Assembly: GCA_035353335.1 (NCBI GenBank)
Contig: DAOPZJ010000002.1
Span: 4,703 to 68,702 of the forward strand
Origin: Oscillospiraceae bacterium
GTDB taxonomy: Bacteria; Bacillota; Clostridia; Oscillospirales; JAKOTC01
Direction of reading: 5' to 3'
DNA length: 64,000 nt
In this document: piece after piece, positions 35,046 through 44,641 of the stretch
Layout of the letters: the number at the start of each line of letters is the position of its first letter
Numbering within the stretch: position 1 is the first letter of the stretch
The notes under the pieces: model-generated
What the model was told of the DNA's origin: nothing
What the model saw: the letters and a program-made list of their open reading frames with translations, nothing else
The model's database searches: none
Position numbers and translations under genes: made by a program

Positions 35046-36002
35046 TCAGAGTTCTTTATGCCTGGCCATCTCTTCGAATTCTTTGCTGTCCAGCCCGAGC
35101 TGCGTCATCAGTTCTTTCGTCGGGTTGTATCCGAATTTTTTATCGCGGTTATTCATCGCAGCGGTCTCAATGATGATGGCCAAATTCCGGCCCGGTTTGA
35201 TCGGAATCGTAAGGCAGGGGATCGAAATGCCCAGAATATCAATTGTTTCGCTGCCGACCCCGAGTCGTTCATAGATCTTTTCAGAATCCCAGGGCTCCAG
35301 CTCAATGACAAGGTCAATTTTCTCTGTTGCTTTGACTGCGCCCATACCGAACAATCTGCGGACGTTGACCACGCCGATGCCGCGCAGTTCGATAAAGTGG
35401 CGGATATTCTCGGGCGACGAACCGACCAGCGTTTTATTGGACACGCGCCGGATCTCGACCGCATCGTCGGCAATCAGCCGGTGCCCGCGCTTAATGAGTT
35501 CCACTGCGGTCTCGCTCTTTCCGACCCCGCTGTCTCCGAGCAGTAATATACCCTCGCCGGAGACTTCGACCAATACGCCGTGTCTGGTTATGCGCGGGGC
35601 GAGCTCCACATTCAAAAGCGCGATCAAAGCAGCCATAAACTGGGAGGTCTGCTCAGCGGTCTTTAGTAATGCGACTCCGTACTTTTTGGCTGTTTCAACA
35701 AATTCCGGCATCGGATCCATATCGCGGGTGAAGATGACCGCAATCGGCTTTTTCGCCATATATTCCTCAGCACCTTTGACGCGCTGCCCGGAGGTCATAT
35801 TTTTAAAGAAGGTAAGCTCGGCAAGCCCGATAATCTGAACACGGGTGCTGTCGAAGTACTCGAAAAACCCGAGCAGCTGAAGGCCGGGGCGGTTGACTTC
35901 GCAAGATGAGATCAAAATATTCTCGGGTACATCCGGCAGCGTCACCGGAACGAGGCCGAACTCCGAAATCAGTTTTGACAGCTTTACCGTATACATGCTC
36001 AA
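35046..36002 (-). CDS. hprK: HPr kinase/phosphorylase
   Basis: 318 aa. Walker A GDSGVGKSE plus LIADD and ELRGIG motifs. Confidence 0.95.
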   Translation of the reverse strand: MSMYTVKLSKLISEFGLVPVTLPDVPENILISSCEVNRPGLQLLGFFEYFDSTRVQIIGLAELTFFKNMTSGQRVKGAEEYMAKKPIAVIFTRDMDPMPEFVETAKKYGVALLKTAEQTSQFMAALIALLNVELAPRITRHGVLVEVSGEGILLLGDSGVGKSETAVELIKRGHRLIADDAVEIRRVSNKTLVGSSPENIRHFIELRGIGVVNVRRLFGMGAVKATEKIDLVIELEPWDSEKIYERLGVGSETIDILGISIPCLTIPIKPGRNLAIIIETAAMNNRDKKFGYNPTKELMTQLGLDSKEFEEMARHKEL

Positions 36003-36064
36003 TAAAAACGCCCCTTTCGCATCGCATTATACCGTATTTCCCGCGGGTTTTCAACCTCCGGGTT

Positions 36065-36526
36065 TTATTCCCGCAAACAGATCAAATCGGGCTTAAATAT
36101 GCCTTTTTTGATCGTAAGCACGGCATAAGTCTGATCAGCTCCGAATTTCAACGTTCCGGGGCAGATGACAAAGATCCCGTTGACAAAATCGATGTTCGGA
36201 ACATGTGTATGCCCGTGTAAAACCACTTTTGCCTGAAATTTTGCGGCCAGCAAAACCGCATCGGCGATCCCGTGAAAATCCTCGCCGTGCACAGCCGCAA
36301 TCCGAACCCCTTCGAGCACCCTGACGTCTTTTTGCGGCAGATCGCTGCTGTAATCGCAGTTCCCCTTGACGCCGATGCAAAAGGCGCCTTTCTCCGGAAT
36401 CAGAAACGCAAAATCGCGCCATCCGTCCCCGAGGTGATAAAATCCGTCGGCGTCCGGGTTTCGGGCAATCACTTTTTGTACGGCATCTGCGTTGCCATGG
36501 CTGTCGGACATCACTATGATCTTCAT
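36065..36526 (-). CDS. YfcE/MJ0936-family metallophosphoesterase
   Basis: Start at ATG 36526 (MKIIVMSDSHGN). GDG, GNCD and HGHTH motifs. The ORF-track N-terminal extension was rejected. Confidence 0.85.
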   Translation of the reverse strand: MKIIVMSDSHGNADAVQKVIARNPDADGFYHLGDGWRDFAFLIPEKGAFCIGVKGNCDYSSDLPQKDVRVLEGVRIAAVHGEDFHGIADAVLLAAKFQAKVVLHGHTHVPNIDFVNGIFVICPGTLKFGADQTYAVLTIKKGIFKPDLICLRE

Positions 36527-36571
36527 AATTTCGCTCCTGTCCGCATATTGTTTCTCAAAGGAGATGATTGC

Positions 36572-36766
36572 ATGCCGTTGACGCAAAATGATCTGGATGC
36601 CCTTAAACGGCTGTTGGACGAGGCTGAGACCGACTCTTCGCCGGACCCGCATATCCGCCTGCTCACCGCGCTCGGCCCGTTTTTAACGTCCGACCGCCGA
36701 CAGCGGCTTCCCGCCGCCATCGGGCTCGTCAAATACCTGAAAACCACAGAACCTTCCGGGGAATAA
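36572..36766 (+). CDS. Hypothetical small protein (64 aa)
   Basis: ATG 36572 preceded by AAAGGAGA. No domain recognised. Confidence 0.4.
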   Translation: MPLTQNDLDALKRLLDEAETDSSPDPHIRLLTALGPFLTSDRRQRLPAAIGLVKYLKTTEPSGE

Positions 36767-36798
36767 CTAAAACCTTTTTAAAGGAGGGTAAAGACCAA

Positions 36799-37089
36799 AT
36801 GCCTGAATACAATGAAAAAGACCTGATTAAAATGCAGAATGATGCAATGAAACGGGTCATGGAGATGCAGCGCAGAGCAAAAGAATCCTATTCCGCTTCA
36901 CAGACCCCCGAACAAAACTCCCCCGAGCCGACATTTTCCTCGCAAAGCGGTGCCGCACAGGAAGAAGTATTTTTACAGTCAAAATCGTTTCATCCGCCGA
37001 TGCAGAGTCCGGAACTGGTTCGGCAACTGTTCATACTCCTCGGCACCGACGACCCGGTCCTCTCCGCCGCGCTCGCATATCTATTATAA
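36799..37089 (+). CDS. Hypothetical small protein (96 aa)
   Basis: ATG preceded by AAAGGAGGG. Low-complexity middle region. No domain recognised. Confidence 0.45.
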   Translation: MPEYNEKDLIKMQNDAMKRVMEMQRRAKESYSASQTPEQNSPEPTFSSQSGAAQEEVFLQSKSFHPPMQSPELVRQLFILLGTDDPVLSAALAYLL

Positions 37090-37098
37090 CATATTTCA

Positions 37099-37200
37099 AA
37101 TGTAAAGTGAAAATGTAAAGTTAATTCGATATTCACAGGTTAATCCTGCCGCCTTCGGAATTCTCCCTTTATGTTTCACATTTTACCTTAAACTGAAATA
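37099..37200. repeat. Composite intergenic element: opposed A/T-rich heptamer arms flanking a CCTGCCGCC core
   Basis: Left arm TGTAAAG TGAAAA TGTAAAG TTAATTC (37101-37127). Core AATCCTGCCGCCTTCGG. Right arm GTTTCAC ATTTTAC CTTAAAC TGAAATA (37172-37199), in the opposite orientation. Confidence 0.35.
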
Positions 37201-37205
37201 ATATG

Positions 37206-37231
37206 AAAAAGAGCGGTTTTGCCGCTCTTTT
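37206..37231. terminator. Bidirectional terminator
   Basis: AAAAAGAGCGG-TTTTG-CCGCTCTTTT between convergent genes. Confidence 0.7.
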
Positions 37232-37243
37232 GCATGTTATCAT

Positions 37244-37648
37244 TTAAAACAGAATCTTTCCCATCTCTTTTCGAACCATTTCGGAAATGCGGTCAAACTC
37301 ATTTTTAAATCGGCAGATGCCCGTCATACTCGGGTTGCTGCAGCCGTTTTGGGTACACCTCGCCAGTTCGAACCTGCCGTCGACCGCCTCGATGACCTCT
37401 CCGACCGAGATATCTCCGGCGGGTTTGGCCAGAACGTATCCGCCGCTGACGCCCTTATAGGATTTCGCAATACCGGCAGCGACGAGCTTACGCATAATCT
37501 TCAAAGTAAACCGAAGCGTGACGCCGGTGGCCTCAGCCAGAGCGCCCGCATCCAGCCGCCGGTTGTTTTCAACGGATTTGGCGGCTGCCATGGCTGATAC
37601 GATTCGAACCGCATAATCCGCCTCAAGCGTCATGTTGGTGATATTCAT
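37244..37648 (-). CDS. Rrf2-family transcriptional regulator (three C-terminal Cys)
   Basis: 134 aa. Winged-helix N-terminus (EADYAVRIVSAMA...LRFTLKIMRKLVAAGIAKSYKGVSGGYVLA). Cys residues in CTQNGCSNPSMTGIC. Confidence 0.85.
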   Translation of the reverse strand: MNITNMTLEADYAVRIVSAMAAAKSVENNRRLDAGALAEATGVTLRFTLKIMRKLVAAGIAKSYKGVSGGYVLAKPAGDISVGEVIEAVDGRFELARCTQNGCSNPSMTGICRFKNEFDRISEMVRKEMGKILF

Positions 37649-37677
37649 AAATGAAAACCTTTCCCGCTCGATTTGTT

Positions 37678-39039
37678 TTATTCAAGGAAGTCCTTCAGCC
37701 GTTTACTGCGGCTGGGGTGACGGAGTTTGCGCAGCGCTTTGGCCTCGATCTGGCGGATGCGCTCACGCGTGACATTGAATTCCTTGCCGACTTCTTCAAG
37801 GGTGCGCTGCCTGCCGTCCTTGAGCCCGAAGCGCAGCAAGAGCACTTTCGCCTCGCGCGGAGTGATTGTGCGCAGCACGTCGTCCAATTGTTCTTTGAGC
37901 ATGGTCAGATGGGCAGTATCGGCAGGCGAGGGCGCGTCGTCGTCGGGGATAAAATCACCGAGATGGCTGTCCTCTTCCTCGCCGATCGGCGTCTCCAGCG
38001 AAATCGGCTCCTGAGCCACCCGTAATATCTCACGGACTTTGCCCGTAGTCATTCCTACGGCCTCGGCGATTTGCTCGGGTGTCGCCTCCTGCCCGGTCTT
38101 ATAAAGGATCTGATTTCCCGCCTTTTTGACCTTATTGATAGACTCCACCATATGTACGGGAATACGGATGGTCCTGGCCTGGTCCGCAATGGCACGGGTG
38201 ATCGACTGGCGGATCCACCAGGTGGCATATGTGGAAAACTTGAAACCCTTGGTATGGTCGAATTTTTCAACGGCCTTGATCAGACCCAGGTTGCCCTCCT
38301 GAATCAAATCCAAAAACTGAAGGCCGCGCCCGACATAGCGTTTGGCGATGCTGACGACAAGTCGCAGGTTCGCCTCGAGAAGGCGTTTGCGGGCGTTCTC
38401 GTCGCCCTCGCCCATGCGCGTGGCAAGCTCAATTTCTTCTTCGGTTGACAGCAGGCCGACGCGTCCGATTTCCTTGAGATAGGCCTTGACCGGGTCGTCG
38501 ATCAAAACGCCGTCGGCGGCTAAAGATGCCTCGAGATCGGGACCGTTGTTGAGTTCGGAGATAAAACTCTCAACGTCTTTGATGGCCTCGCTGTCCGGCT
38601 CCTGCAAATCATCAACCGGTTCCATATCGAGCGGTTCAATATCGAGATCGGGAATATCGCCCTCGGGTTCGGCATCCTCCTCTTCGAATTCATCTTCTTC
38701 GGCATCGGTGACGGGTTCACCGTCATCACCGAGCACAAGTTTGTCAATATCAAAATTTTTGAGCGCTTCTTCGTCGATATCGTCGAGCGTCACCGGTTCC
38801 TCATCCTCATCCGGTTCTTTCTCGGTGTCGAAATCCTCTTCTCTCTCAACCCCGCAGGCCTCGTCTTCCCCCGCCTCGGAGGCCTTATCCTCTCCCTCGA
38901 TATCTTCAAATTTCTCATCGAAAAAGTCGTCCTTATCCCGTTCGAGCCTGCCTTCTTTTGCCGTTTTTTCGGATGGTTTTTTTAACGGGGACTCTTCCTC
39001 GGGCGTCAGGGCACTCTTTTTCTTGTTTTTGTCATCCAT
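37678..39039 (-). CDS. rpoD: Primary RNA polymerase sigma factor
   Basis: 453 aa. Long acidic N-terminus, then regions 1.2-4 ([59 protein letters not shown]). Confidence 0.95.
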   Translation of the reverse strand: MDDKNKKKSALTPEEESPLKKPSEKTAKEGRLERDKDDFFDEKFEDIEGEDKASEAGEDEACGVEREEDFDTEKEPDEDEEPVTLDDIDEEALKNFDIDKLVLGDDGEPVTDAEEDEFEEEDAEPEGDIPDLDIEPLDMEPVDDLQEPDSEAIKDVESFISELNNGPDLEASLAADGVLIDDPVKAYLKEIGRVGLLSTEEEIELATRMGEGDENARKRLLEANLRLVVSIAKRYVGRGLQFLDLIQEGNLGLIKAVEKFDHTKGFKFSTYATWWIRQSITRAIADQARTIRIPVHMVESINKVKKAGNQILYKTGQEATPEQIAEAVGMTTGKVREILRVAQEPISLETPIGEEEDSHLGDFIPDDDAPSPADTAHLTMLKEQLDDVLRTITPREAKVLLLRFGLKDGRQRTLEEVGKEFNVTRERIRQIEAKALRKLRHPSRSKRLKDFLE

Positions 39040-39117
39040 TTCTATTGTCTTCCTTTCGTTGAAGTTCGGAGGTTCGGTCCTCTTTGCAAATATTTTGAAT
39101 CAAGAGCTGAACTCATG

Positions 39118-40863
39118 TCATACGTTGTTTTGATTTTTCCCGCCTTTGATTTTCTGAAGATCATTGAGGCGTTCCAGCAATTGTTTTTCATCATTTAAAT
39201 CAATCGGCAGATCGAGTTTTAATTTATCGGTATACTTTCCGACCGTATTCATATCGGTACAGGAAGCGGGACCCGATAACATTTTTGACAGTTTCCCCAT
39301 TTGCTCGACCGTGAATTTTTCTCCGAGCGGCGAAATGTCGATTGCGCCTTCGGGCGCGCGCGATTTGACGTAATCAAGCACCGAGTCCCAGAACGGATCG
39401 GGCAGCTTTTGAAACGGCAACAGCGTGCAGACCCGTCCGCAGTCTGCGGGGTTGTCGAAGAGATAACGGATGATCCCGCTGCAGACCGCGTCGAATTTAC
39501 TCTCCGCTCCCGGTTTTGCAAGTACTGATGCCGGAAGTCCGCTGCGCCGGAGTTCTTCCTGCTGGCGGCGTTTTGCCTTAGATCGTCTCAGCCGCACGAT
39601 CTCGGATAAAAGCGCCTTTTTATCTGCGTTTAGATCTTCCGCCGCTTTTGCGGCATATACGTCGGTTTCGACATCGCTTTCGAGATTGGCGAGTTCCGAG
39701 GCCGTCTCTTTCAAACAGGCGGTTTTCTCCTCCGGAAGGTCCAAATCATATTTTGTCTTAATCGCCCGCAATTTAAACGAAAGAGCGTCCGCACTGCCTT
39801 CAAGCAGCGCGGCAAATCGATCAGCGCCGAATTTTTTGATGTACTCGTCCGGGTCTTTTGCGTCTTTCATCTCGAGTACCCGGGCCGAAAGCCCCGCTTC
39901 CCGTAAAATTTCGTAAGCGCGCTGGGTGGCGGACGTCCCCGCCTTGTCGCTGTCGTAAGCGATGATAACCTTGTCGGTGTGGCGCGCCATCAAACGCGCC
40001 TGTTCCTGCGTCAACGCCGTTCCGAGCGTCGCCACCGCCTCTGTAAAACCGGCCTGATGCAGCATGATAACGTCCATATAACCCTCGGCCAAAATCAGAT
40101 GTCCGGCCTTGGCTTTTTTGGCGAAATTCAGTGCGAACAGATTGCGGCTTTTTTTAAAAACAACGGTGTCCGAGGAGTTGATGTATTTCGGCAGCGAGTC
40201 GTCGAGAACTCTTCCGCCGAAGCCGATGATGCCGCCCGTTGAGTCAATAATCGGATACATCACCCGGTTGCGAAACATGTCAACGGTTTCGTTCTTTTTT
40301 GAAACCAAAAATGCGCCCGCAAGTTCATTGTCGGAAAAACCTGCGGCATTTGCGGCTTTTCTCAGATTGTCCCATCCCGCCGGTGCAAAACCCAGTCCGA
40401 AACGCTTGATTGTCTTGTCGGACAGCCGGCGTTTTTTTAAATAAGCCAGTCCCGCCGCTCCTTCCTGCGTAAAAAGCCGCTCGTGAAACCAACGCGCGGC
40501 AAAGCGGTTGAGTTCCAATATTCGAAGCTTTTGTTTGGAGTTATCCTGCTCAAATACGGATTTCGGAATCTCGACTCCTGCGCGCTTGGCCAAAAATTCG
40601 ACGGCCTCCGGATATTCGAGGTTTTCGATTTGCCGGATAAAAGTGATGATGTCACCGCCCGCCCCGCATCCGAAACAGTGATAATGCCCGTCCTGCGGCC
40701 AAACCGTAAAGGAAGGCGTCTTTTCGGAGTGAAACGGACAAAGGCCGACCAAAGTCGTGCCTCTCTTTTTGAGTTGGACATACCCGCCGATCAGCTGTTC
40801 TATGTCTATGCGATACTTGATTTCGCTGATGATGTTTTCGGCAATCAGAGCATATCCCCCCAA
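39118..40863 (-). CDS. dnaG: DNA primase
   Basis: 581 aa. Zinc finger CPFHSEKTPSFTV...HCFGCG and TOPRIM EGYMDV. Confidence 0.95.
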   Translation of the reverse strand: MGGYALIAENIISEIKYRIDIEQLIGGYVQLKKRGTTLVGLCPFHSEKTPSFTVWPQDGHYHCFGCGAGGDIITFIRQIENLEYPEAVEFLAKRAGVEIPKSVFEQDNSKQKLRILELNRFAARWFHERLFTQEGAAGLAYLKKRRLSDKTIKRFGLGFAPAGWDNLRKAANAAGFSDNELAGAFLVSKKNETVDMFRNRVMYPIIDSTGGIIGFGGRVLDDSLPKYINSSDTVVFKKSRNLFALNFAKKAKAGHLILAEGYMDVIMLHQAGFTEAVATLGTALTQEQARLMARHTDKVIIAYDSDKAGTSATQRAYEILREAGLSARVLEMKDAKDPDEYIKKFGADRFAALLEGSADALSFKLRAIKTKYDLDLPEEKTACLKETASELANLESDVETDVYAAKAAEDLNADKKALLSEIVRLRRSKAKRRQQEELRRSGLPASVLAKPGAESKFDAVCSGIIRYLFDNPADCGRVCTLLPFQKLPDPFWDSVLDYVKSRAPEGAIDISPLGEKFTVEQMGKLSKMLSGPASCTDMNTVGKYTDKLKLDLPIDLNDEKQLLERLNDLQKIKGGKNQNNV

Positions 40864-40996
40864 TCTACCAATATGTTATTATAACACGGTTTTTCGTTTT
40901 GTCAAACCAATTTGGTATAATTTCCTGTTAATTCATAAATTTTGCCGCTTCGCAAGGCGGTATGAGGGCATCCCGCCCTGCATTCTCACCGAACTT

Positions 40997-42001
40997 CTAT
41001 CTTCCCCATCCCCTCGGAACAAAAACCTCCTCAAACACACTAACCGCATACCGGTCGGTCATTCCCGCGATATAATCCACGACCGACTGCGACACATGCT
41101 CCCGGTCGACCGGCGCGCGTTTGGTGAGTTCCTCTGGGTTTTCATAAAAATATTCGTATAAAGTTTCGATCATCTCTTTGGCTTTACTTTCTTCACTCTT
41201 CGCTTTGGGATTGGTGTAAACCCGTTCAAACATGAATTCATGCAATTTATCGAAATACCTGTTCAATTCTGAACCGGGGCCGGGGTCTTCACAGTCAACG
41301 CCGTGTTTGATCACTCCCGCGACAAGCGTTGTGATCCGGGCGCTTTTGGTCGGCCCGAGCACATCCCGAATTTCAATGGGGACATCTTCCTGCTTAATAA
41401 TTTCGGCACGAACCGCGTCCTCGATATCGTGGTTGACATAGGCGATCCGGTCAGCAATGCGCACCAACCGACCTTCGAGGCAAACCGACCATTTTCCTGC
41501 GGTGTGATTGATAATCCCGTCAACAACCTCGGCGGTCAGATTCAAGCCTTTTCCGTCTTTTTCAAGACATTGCAGCACCCGGACGCTGTGCTCATAATGC
41601 CGGAAAACCCCCTCATCCTTAAGCACTTTGCTCAATGCTGATTCTCCTGCGTGCCCGAACGGCGTATGCCCGACGTCGTGGCCCATCGCAATGGCCTCGG
41701 TCAGGTTTTCGTTCAGCGACATGGCGCGCGCCATCGTGCGGGCGATCATTGCGACTTGAATCGTGTGGGTCATCCGGGTGGTGTAGTGGTCGCCGCGCGG
41801 TGATAAAAACACCTGCGTCTTCTGTTTGAGACGAGAAAACGAGGAACTGTGCACAATCCGGTCGGTGTCTCTTTGAAAGTCCGTCCGGTAATCGCAGGGT
41901 TTTTCGTTGTGCTGCCGCCCTTTGCTTTGATCGGCAAATGAGGCGTTCGGAGCCAATATTAAATGTTCTTTTTGCTCCAGTTCTTCTCTGATCGTCAACA
42001 A
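40997..42001 (-). CDS. dgt: dGTPase-like deoxynucleoside triphosphate triphosphohydrolase
   Basis: 334 aa with TTG start. HD motifs RMTHTIQV and GHDVGHTPFGHAGE. Confidence 0.9.
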   Translation of the reverse strand: MLTIREELEQKEHLILAPNASFADQSKGRQHNEKPCDYRTDFQRDTDRIVHSSSFSRLKQKTQVFLSPRGDHYTTRMTHTIQVAMIARTMARAMSLNENLTEAIAMGHDVGHTPFGHAGESALSKVLKDEGVFRHYEHSVRVLQCLEKDGKGLNLTAEVVDGIINHTAGKWSVCLEGRLVRIADRIAYVNHDIEDAVRAEIIKQEDVPIEIRDVLGPTKSARITTLVAGVIKHGVDCEDPGPGSELNRYFDKLHEFMFERVYTNPKAKSEESKAKEMIETLYEYFYENPEELTKRAPVDREHVSQSVVDYIAGMTDRYAVSVFEEVFVPRGWGR

Positions 42002-42021
42002 AAACGCCTCCTTTTTTTGAT

Positions 42022-42597
42022 TTAATGTATATCCTGCGGTGTCAAAGAAAAGATGACCATCGACTTGAACCCGCTGATTCCGTTTTTATAATGACAGAAA
42101 TTGCGTAAAACGCCTTCTTTGACAAATCCGGCTTTCTCACATGCGCGCACTGACGGGATGTTTTCGGGCATGATCAGTGCCTGTACCCGCACGATGCCCA
42201 TATTCTGTACCGTATACCGCCCGACAGCACGGATGGATTCGCTGGCATATCCCTTGTTCTGATATTTGGGTGAGATTTCATACCCGATATCCGCCTTACG
42301 ACCGCTGATATCATCACATTGCGGGTCGAACATGTATATCCCGCCGATCACCTTTTTTTCGGCCTTCAGTTCGATTGCCCATCGGATAAACCGCTTGGAC
42401 TCATACGCTTCATTGCGCCAGATTTCGACCATTGCTTTCACTTCTTCATAATCCTGCGGAAAACCGTCCGTATAAGTGAATGCATCTTTATACGCTGCGT
42501 ATTCGTAAATATCGTTCGCATCCCGCATTTCAAGCCGTCTCAGAACAAGCCGCTCGGTCTCAATGACCGGAAAATTCTCAAATGCGTCGAGATACAT
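42022..42597 (-). CDS. GNAT family N-acetyltransferase
   Basis: 191 aa. TERLVLRRLEMRDANDIYEY start and motif A-like QNKGYASESIRAVGRY. Confidence 0.85.
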   Translation of the reverse strand: MYLDAFENFPVIETERLVLRRLEMRDANDIYEYAAYKDAFTYTDGFPQDYEEVKAMVEIWRNEAYESKRFIRWAIELKAEKKVIGGIYMFDPQCDDISGRKADIGYEISPKYQNKGYASESIRAVGRYTVQNMGIVRVQALIMPENIPSVRACEKAGFVKEGVLRNFCHYKNGISGFKSMVIFSLTPQDIH

Positions 42598-42630
42598 ATT
42601 GTTTCCTTTCGTTCTGCCGACGGAGTGCCG

Positions 42631-43905
42631 TTAATTATCGTCCTCCGCATCTTCGCTTCCGGCTGCCTCCAGTTCAAGCACCTGCGCTGCTTCCGGCCCG
42701 TCCAGCTGCTCCACATCACGCAGTTTACGCCGCATGGCGTTGGTGCGCTTTCCGACGAGATCCTCGAGTTCATTGTTGGCTTGTTCGAGCTTCTTCTGGG
42801 TCGCCGCAAGGGTGTCCGCAAACTTGCCGAATTCGGTCTTGACCGCGCCGAGCACTTTCCACACGTCGCCGCTGCGCTTTTGGATCGCAAATGACCGGAA
42901 CGCCATCTGCAGGCTGTTGAGCAGCGCTGCCATCGTGCTCGGTCCGGCGATCATCACGCGGTAGTCATGCTGTAAAGTCTCAATCATACCGCGGTTGACA
43001 GCTTCTGCGTATAAGCCCTCAAACGGCAGAAACATCACGCCGTAATCGGTGGTCTGCGGCGGGCATATGTATTTATCGTGAATGCCTTTAGCTTCGGATT
43101 TCAGCGTGTTGCACAATGTTTTTGCGGCAGCTTCCACGGCATCTTTATCACCGCTGTCATAGGCGTCGCGCAAAGCGGCATATGTATCACCCGGAAATTT
43201 GGAGTCAATCGGAAGCCAGACCGGCGCGCCGCCTTCGGCCGGCAGTTTGACCGCGTATTCGACGTGGTCGCGGCTGCCCGGCTTTGTCGTGACTTCGTGT
43301 TCATATTGTTCGGCGCTTAAAAATTCGCCGATGATCGCTCCAAGCTGTACTTCGCCGAGCACGCCGCGCGTCTTTACGTTGGAGAGCACCTTTTTCAAAT
43401 CGCCGACGCCGTTAGCGAGCGACTGCATCTCTCCGAGGCCTTTGCTGACCTGTTCGAGCCGCTCGCTGACCAGTTTGAATGACTGCCCCAGACGTTCTTC
43501 GAGGGTCTTCTGCAGCTTCTCATCGACGGTCTGGCGCATCTGCTCGAGTTTCATTTCGTTCCGGTCGGAGAGCAGCTTCATCCGGTCGTCCATGCGCAGC
43601 AGCGATTCGTTGACCGCCTTTTGCAGCGTGTCCTGGCTGTTTTTCAGTTGCGAAGTCAGCTCAATCAGACGCTTGTCCTGGATGTCCGAAGCAGCCCTTT
43701 GCGACTGCATCAGCGCACCCGTCACACCCTCCATCCCAGCGCGCATCGCTGCGGTGTTCTCGGTGCGGTTGCGCGAGAGCTCGTCTGCCAGCATTTTCTG
43801 CTGTTTTTCGGAGTTGTTGCGCACAAACGAAAAAATCATCAGTGCGGCGACGATAATCCCCGCAAGATTGATTCCGATTAAAATGAGGAGTTGTCCGGTT
43901 GTCAT
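42631..43905 (-). CDS. rmuC: DNA recombination protein RmuC
   Basis: 424 aa. N-terminal TM, long coiled coil and a C-terminal RmuC nuclease-like region (DYGVMFLPFEGLYAEA). Confidence 0.9.
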   Translation of the reverse strand: MTTGQLLILIGINLAGIIVAALMIFSFVRNNSEKQQKMLADELSRNRTENTAAMRAGMEGVTGALMQSQRAASDIQDKRLIELTSQLKNSQDTLQKAVNESLLRMDDRMKLLSDRNEMKLEQMRQTVDEKLQKTLEERLGQSFKLVSERLEQVSKGLGEMQSLANGVGDLKKVLSNVKTRGVLGEVQLGAIIGEFLSAEQYEHEVTTKPGSRDHVEYAVKLPAEGGAPVWLPIDSKFPGDTYAALRDAYDSGDKDAVEAAAKTLCNTLKSEAKGIHDKYICPPQTTDYGVMFLPFEGLYAEAVNRGMIETLQHDYRVMIAGPSTMAALLNSLQMAFRSFAIQKRSGDVWKVLGAVKTEFGKFADTLAATQKKLEQANNELEDLVGKRTNAMRRKLRDVEQLDGPEAAQVLELEAAGSEDAEDDN

Positions 43906-43929
43906 GGTTCCCTCCGTCTCTGTTTTTTC

Positions 43930-44622
43930 CTATTTCTTTTCCCTCGTCTTCAACGGCGGCGGATTCAATGCGAACACGTCCTTGAAAACAGCGGTGCATT
44001 TATAAGTGATCTTGCGGTCGCGGTGCAGCCGCCCGAAAATCCACATGGCATATTTCGTCTTTTTACCGATTTCATCGAGATAAATCTGCAAAGCGTCGCA
44101 GTCGACATATCCGGCCTCCATCGAAGCCAGCATCGCCGCCGAGGGCTGATGGGTCAAAATGTAATCGACCTGCCAGCTGTACTTTTCGAGATTTTTGCGT
44201 CCGAATTCGAAGTCCAACTCATTAGGCAGTTCTTCGGCATGCCAGGTGCCGCATTTTTGCTTGCTTTCGATATCTTCGCTCTTGGCGCCTCCGAAGGCAA
44301 AAATCTTCTTGCCCTCGATTTCGAAGACGCTTCCGCGCCGCAGCATCCGCAGATTTCCGCTGATCACGGCTGCTTCCCCGCTGCGGTATTCATCAAGCGG
44401 GTATTTCATCAATAATTCATGGTTCTCATTCGCGCCGTCGATAAAGCAGATGTCAAACTTGTTCTTTCCGATCTTTTTTAACAGTTTTTCCTCGGCTTTG
44501 TCACCCTTCCAAATAAAGCCGAAATCCCCGGCAATCAGCAGCGTGTCACCTTTTTTCAGCCCTTTAAAAGAGTTCTTCAGCTTTTTCATATCTCCGTGCA
44601 TATCGCCGGTCACATAAATCAT
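43930..44622 (-). CDS. Metallophosphoesterase (calcineurin-like)
   Basis: 230 aa. MIYVTGDMHGD, GDFG, GANENH and GRLH motifs. Confidence 0.8.
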   Translation of the reverse strand: MIYVTGDMHGDMKKLKNSFKGLKKGDTLLIAGDFGFIWKGDKAEEKLLKKIGKNKFDICFIDGANENHELLMKYPLDEYRSGEAAVISGNLRMLRRGSVFEIEGKKIFAFGGAKSEDIESKQKCGTWHAEELPNELDFEFGRKNLEKYSWQVDYILTHQPSAAMLASMEAGYVDCDALQIYLDEIGKKTKYAMWIFGRLHRDRKITYKCTAVFKDVFALNPPPLKTREKK

Positions 44623-44641
44623 ACGTTACATACCTCCACGC

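Noticed and set aside
34398-35546. 382-aa plus-strand ORF spanning the glcK/hprK region
   Set aside because: It lies antisense to two genes with unmistakable motifs (ROK glucokinase, HprK). Its composition is Arg/Asp/Phe-skewed and low in complexity, and it has no RBS. It is a typical shadow ORF in GC-rich coding DNA.
38486-39133. 215-aa Ser-rich plus-strand ORF
   Set aside because: It is the mirror image of the acidic (Glu/Asp) N-terminal region of rpoD. The poly-Ser composition is an artefact of GAA/GAT codons read in antisense.
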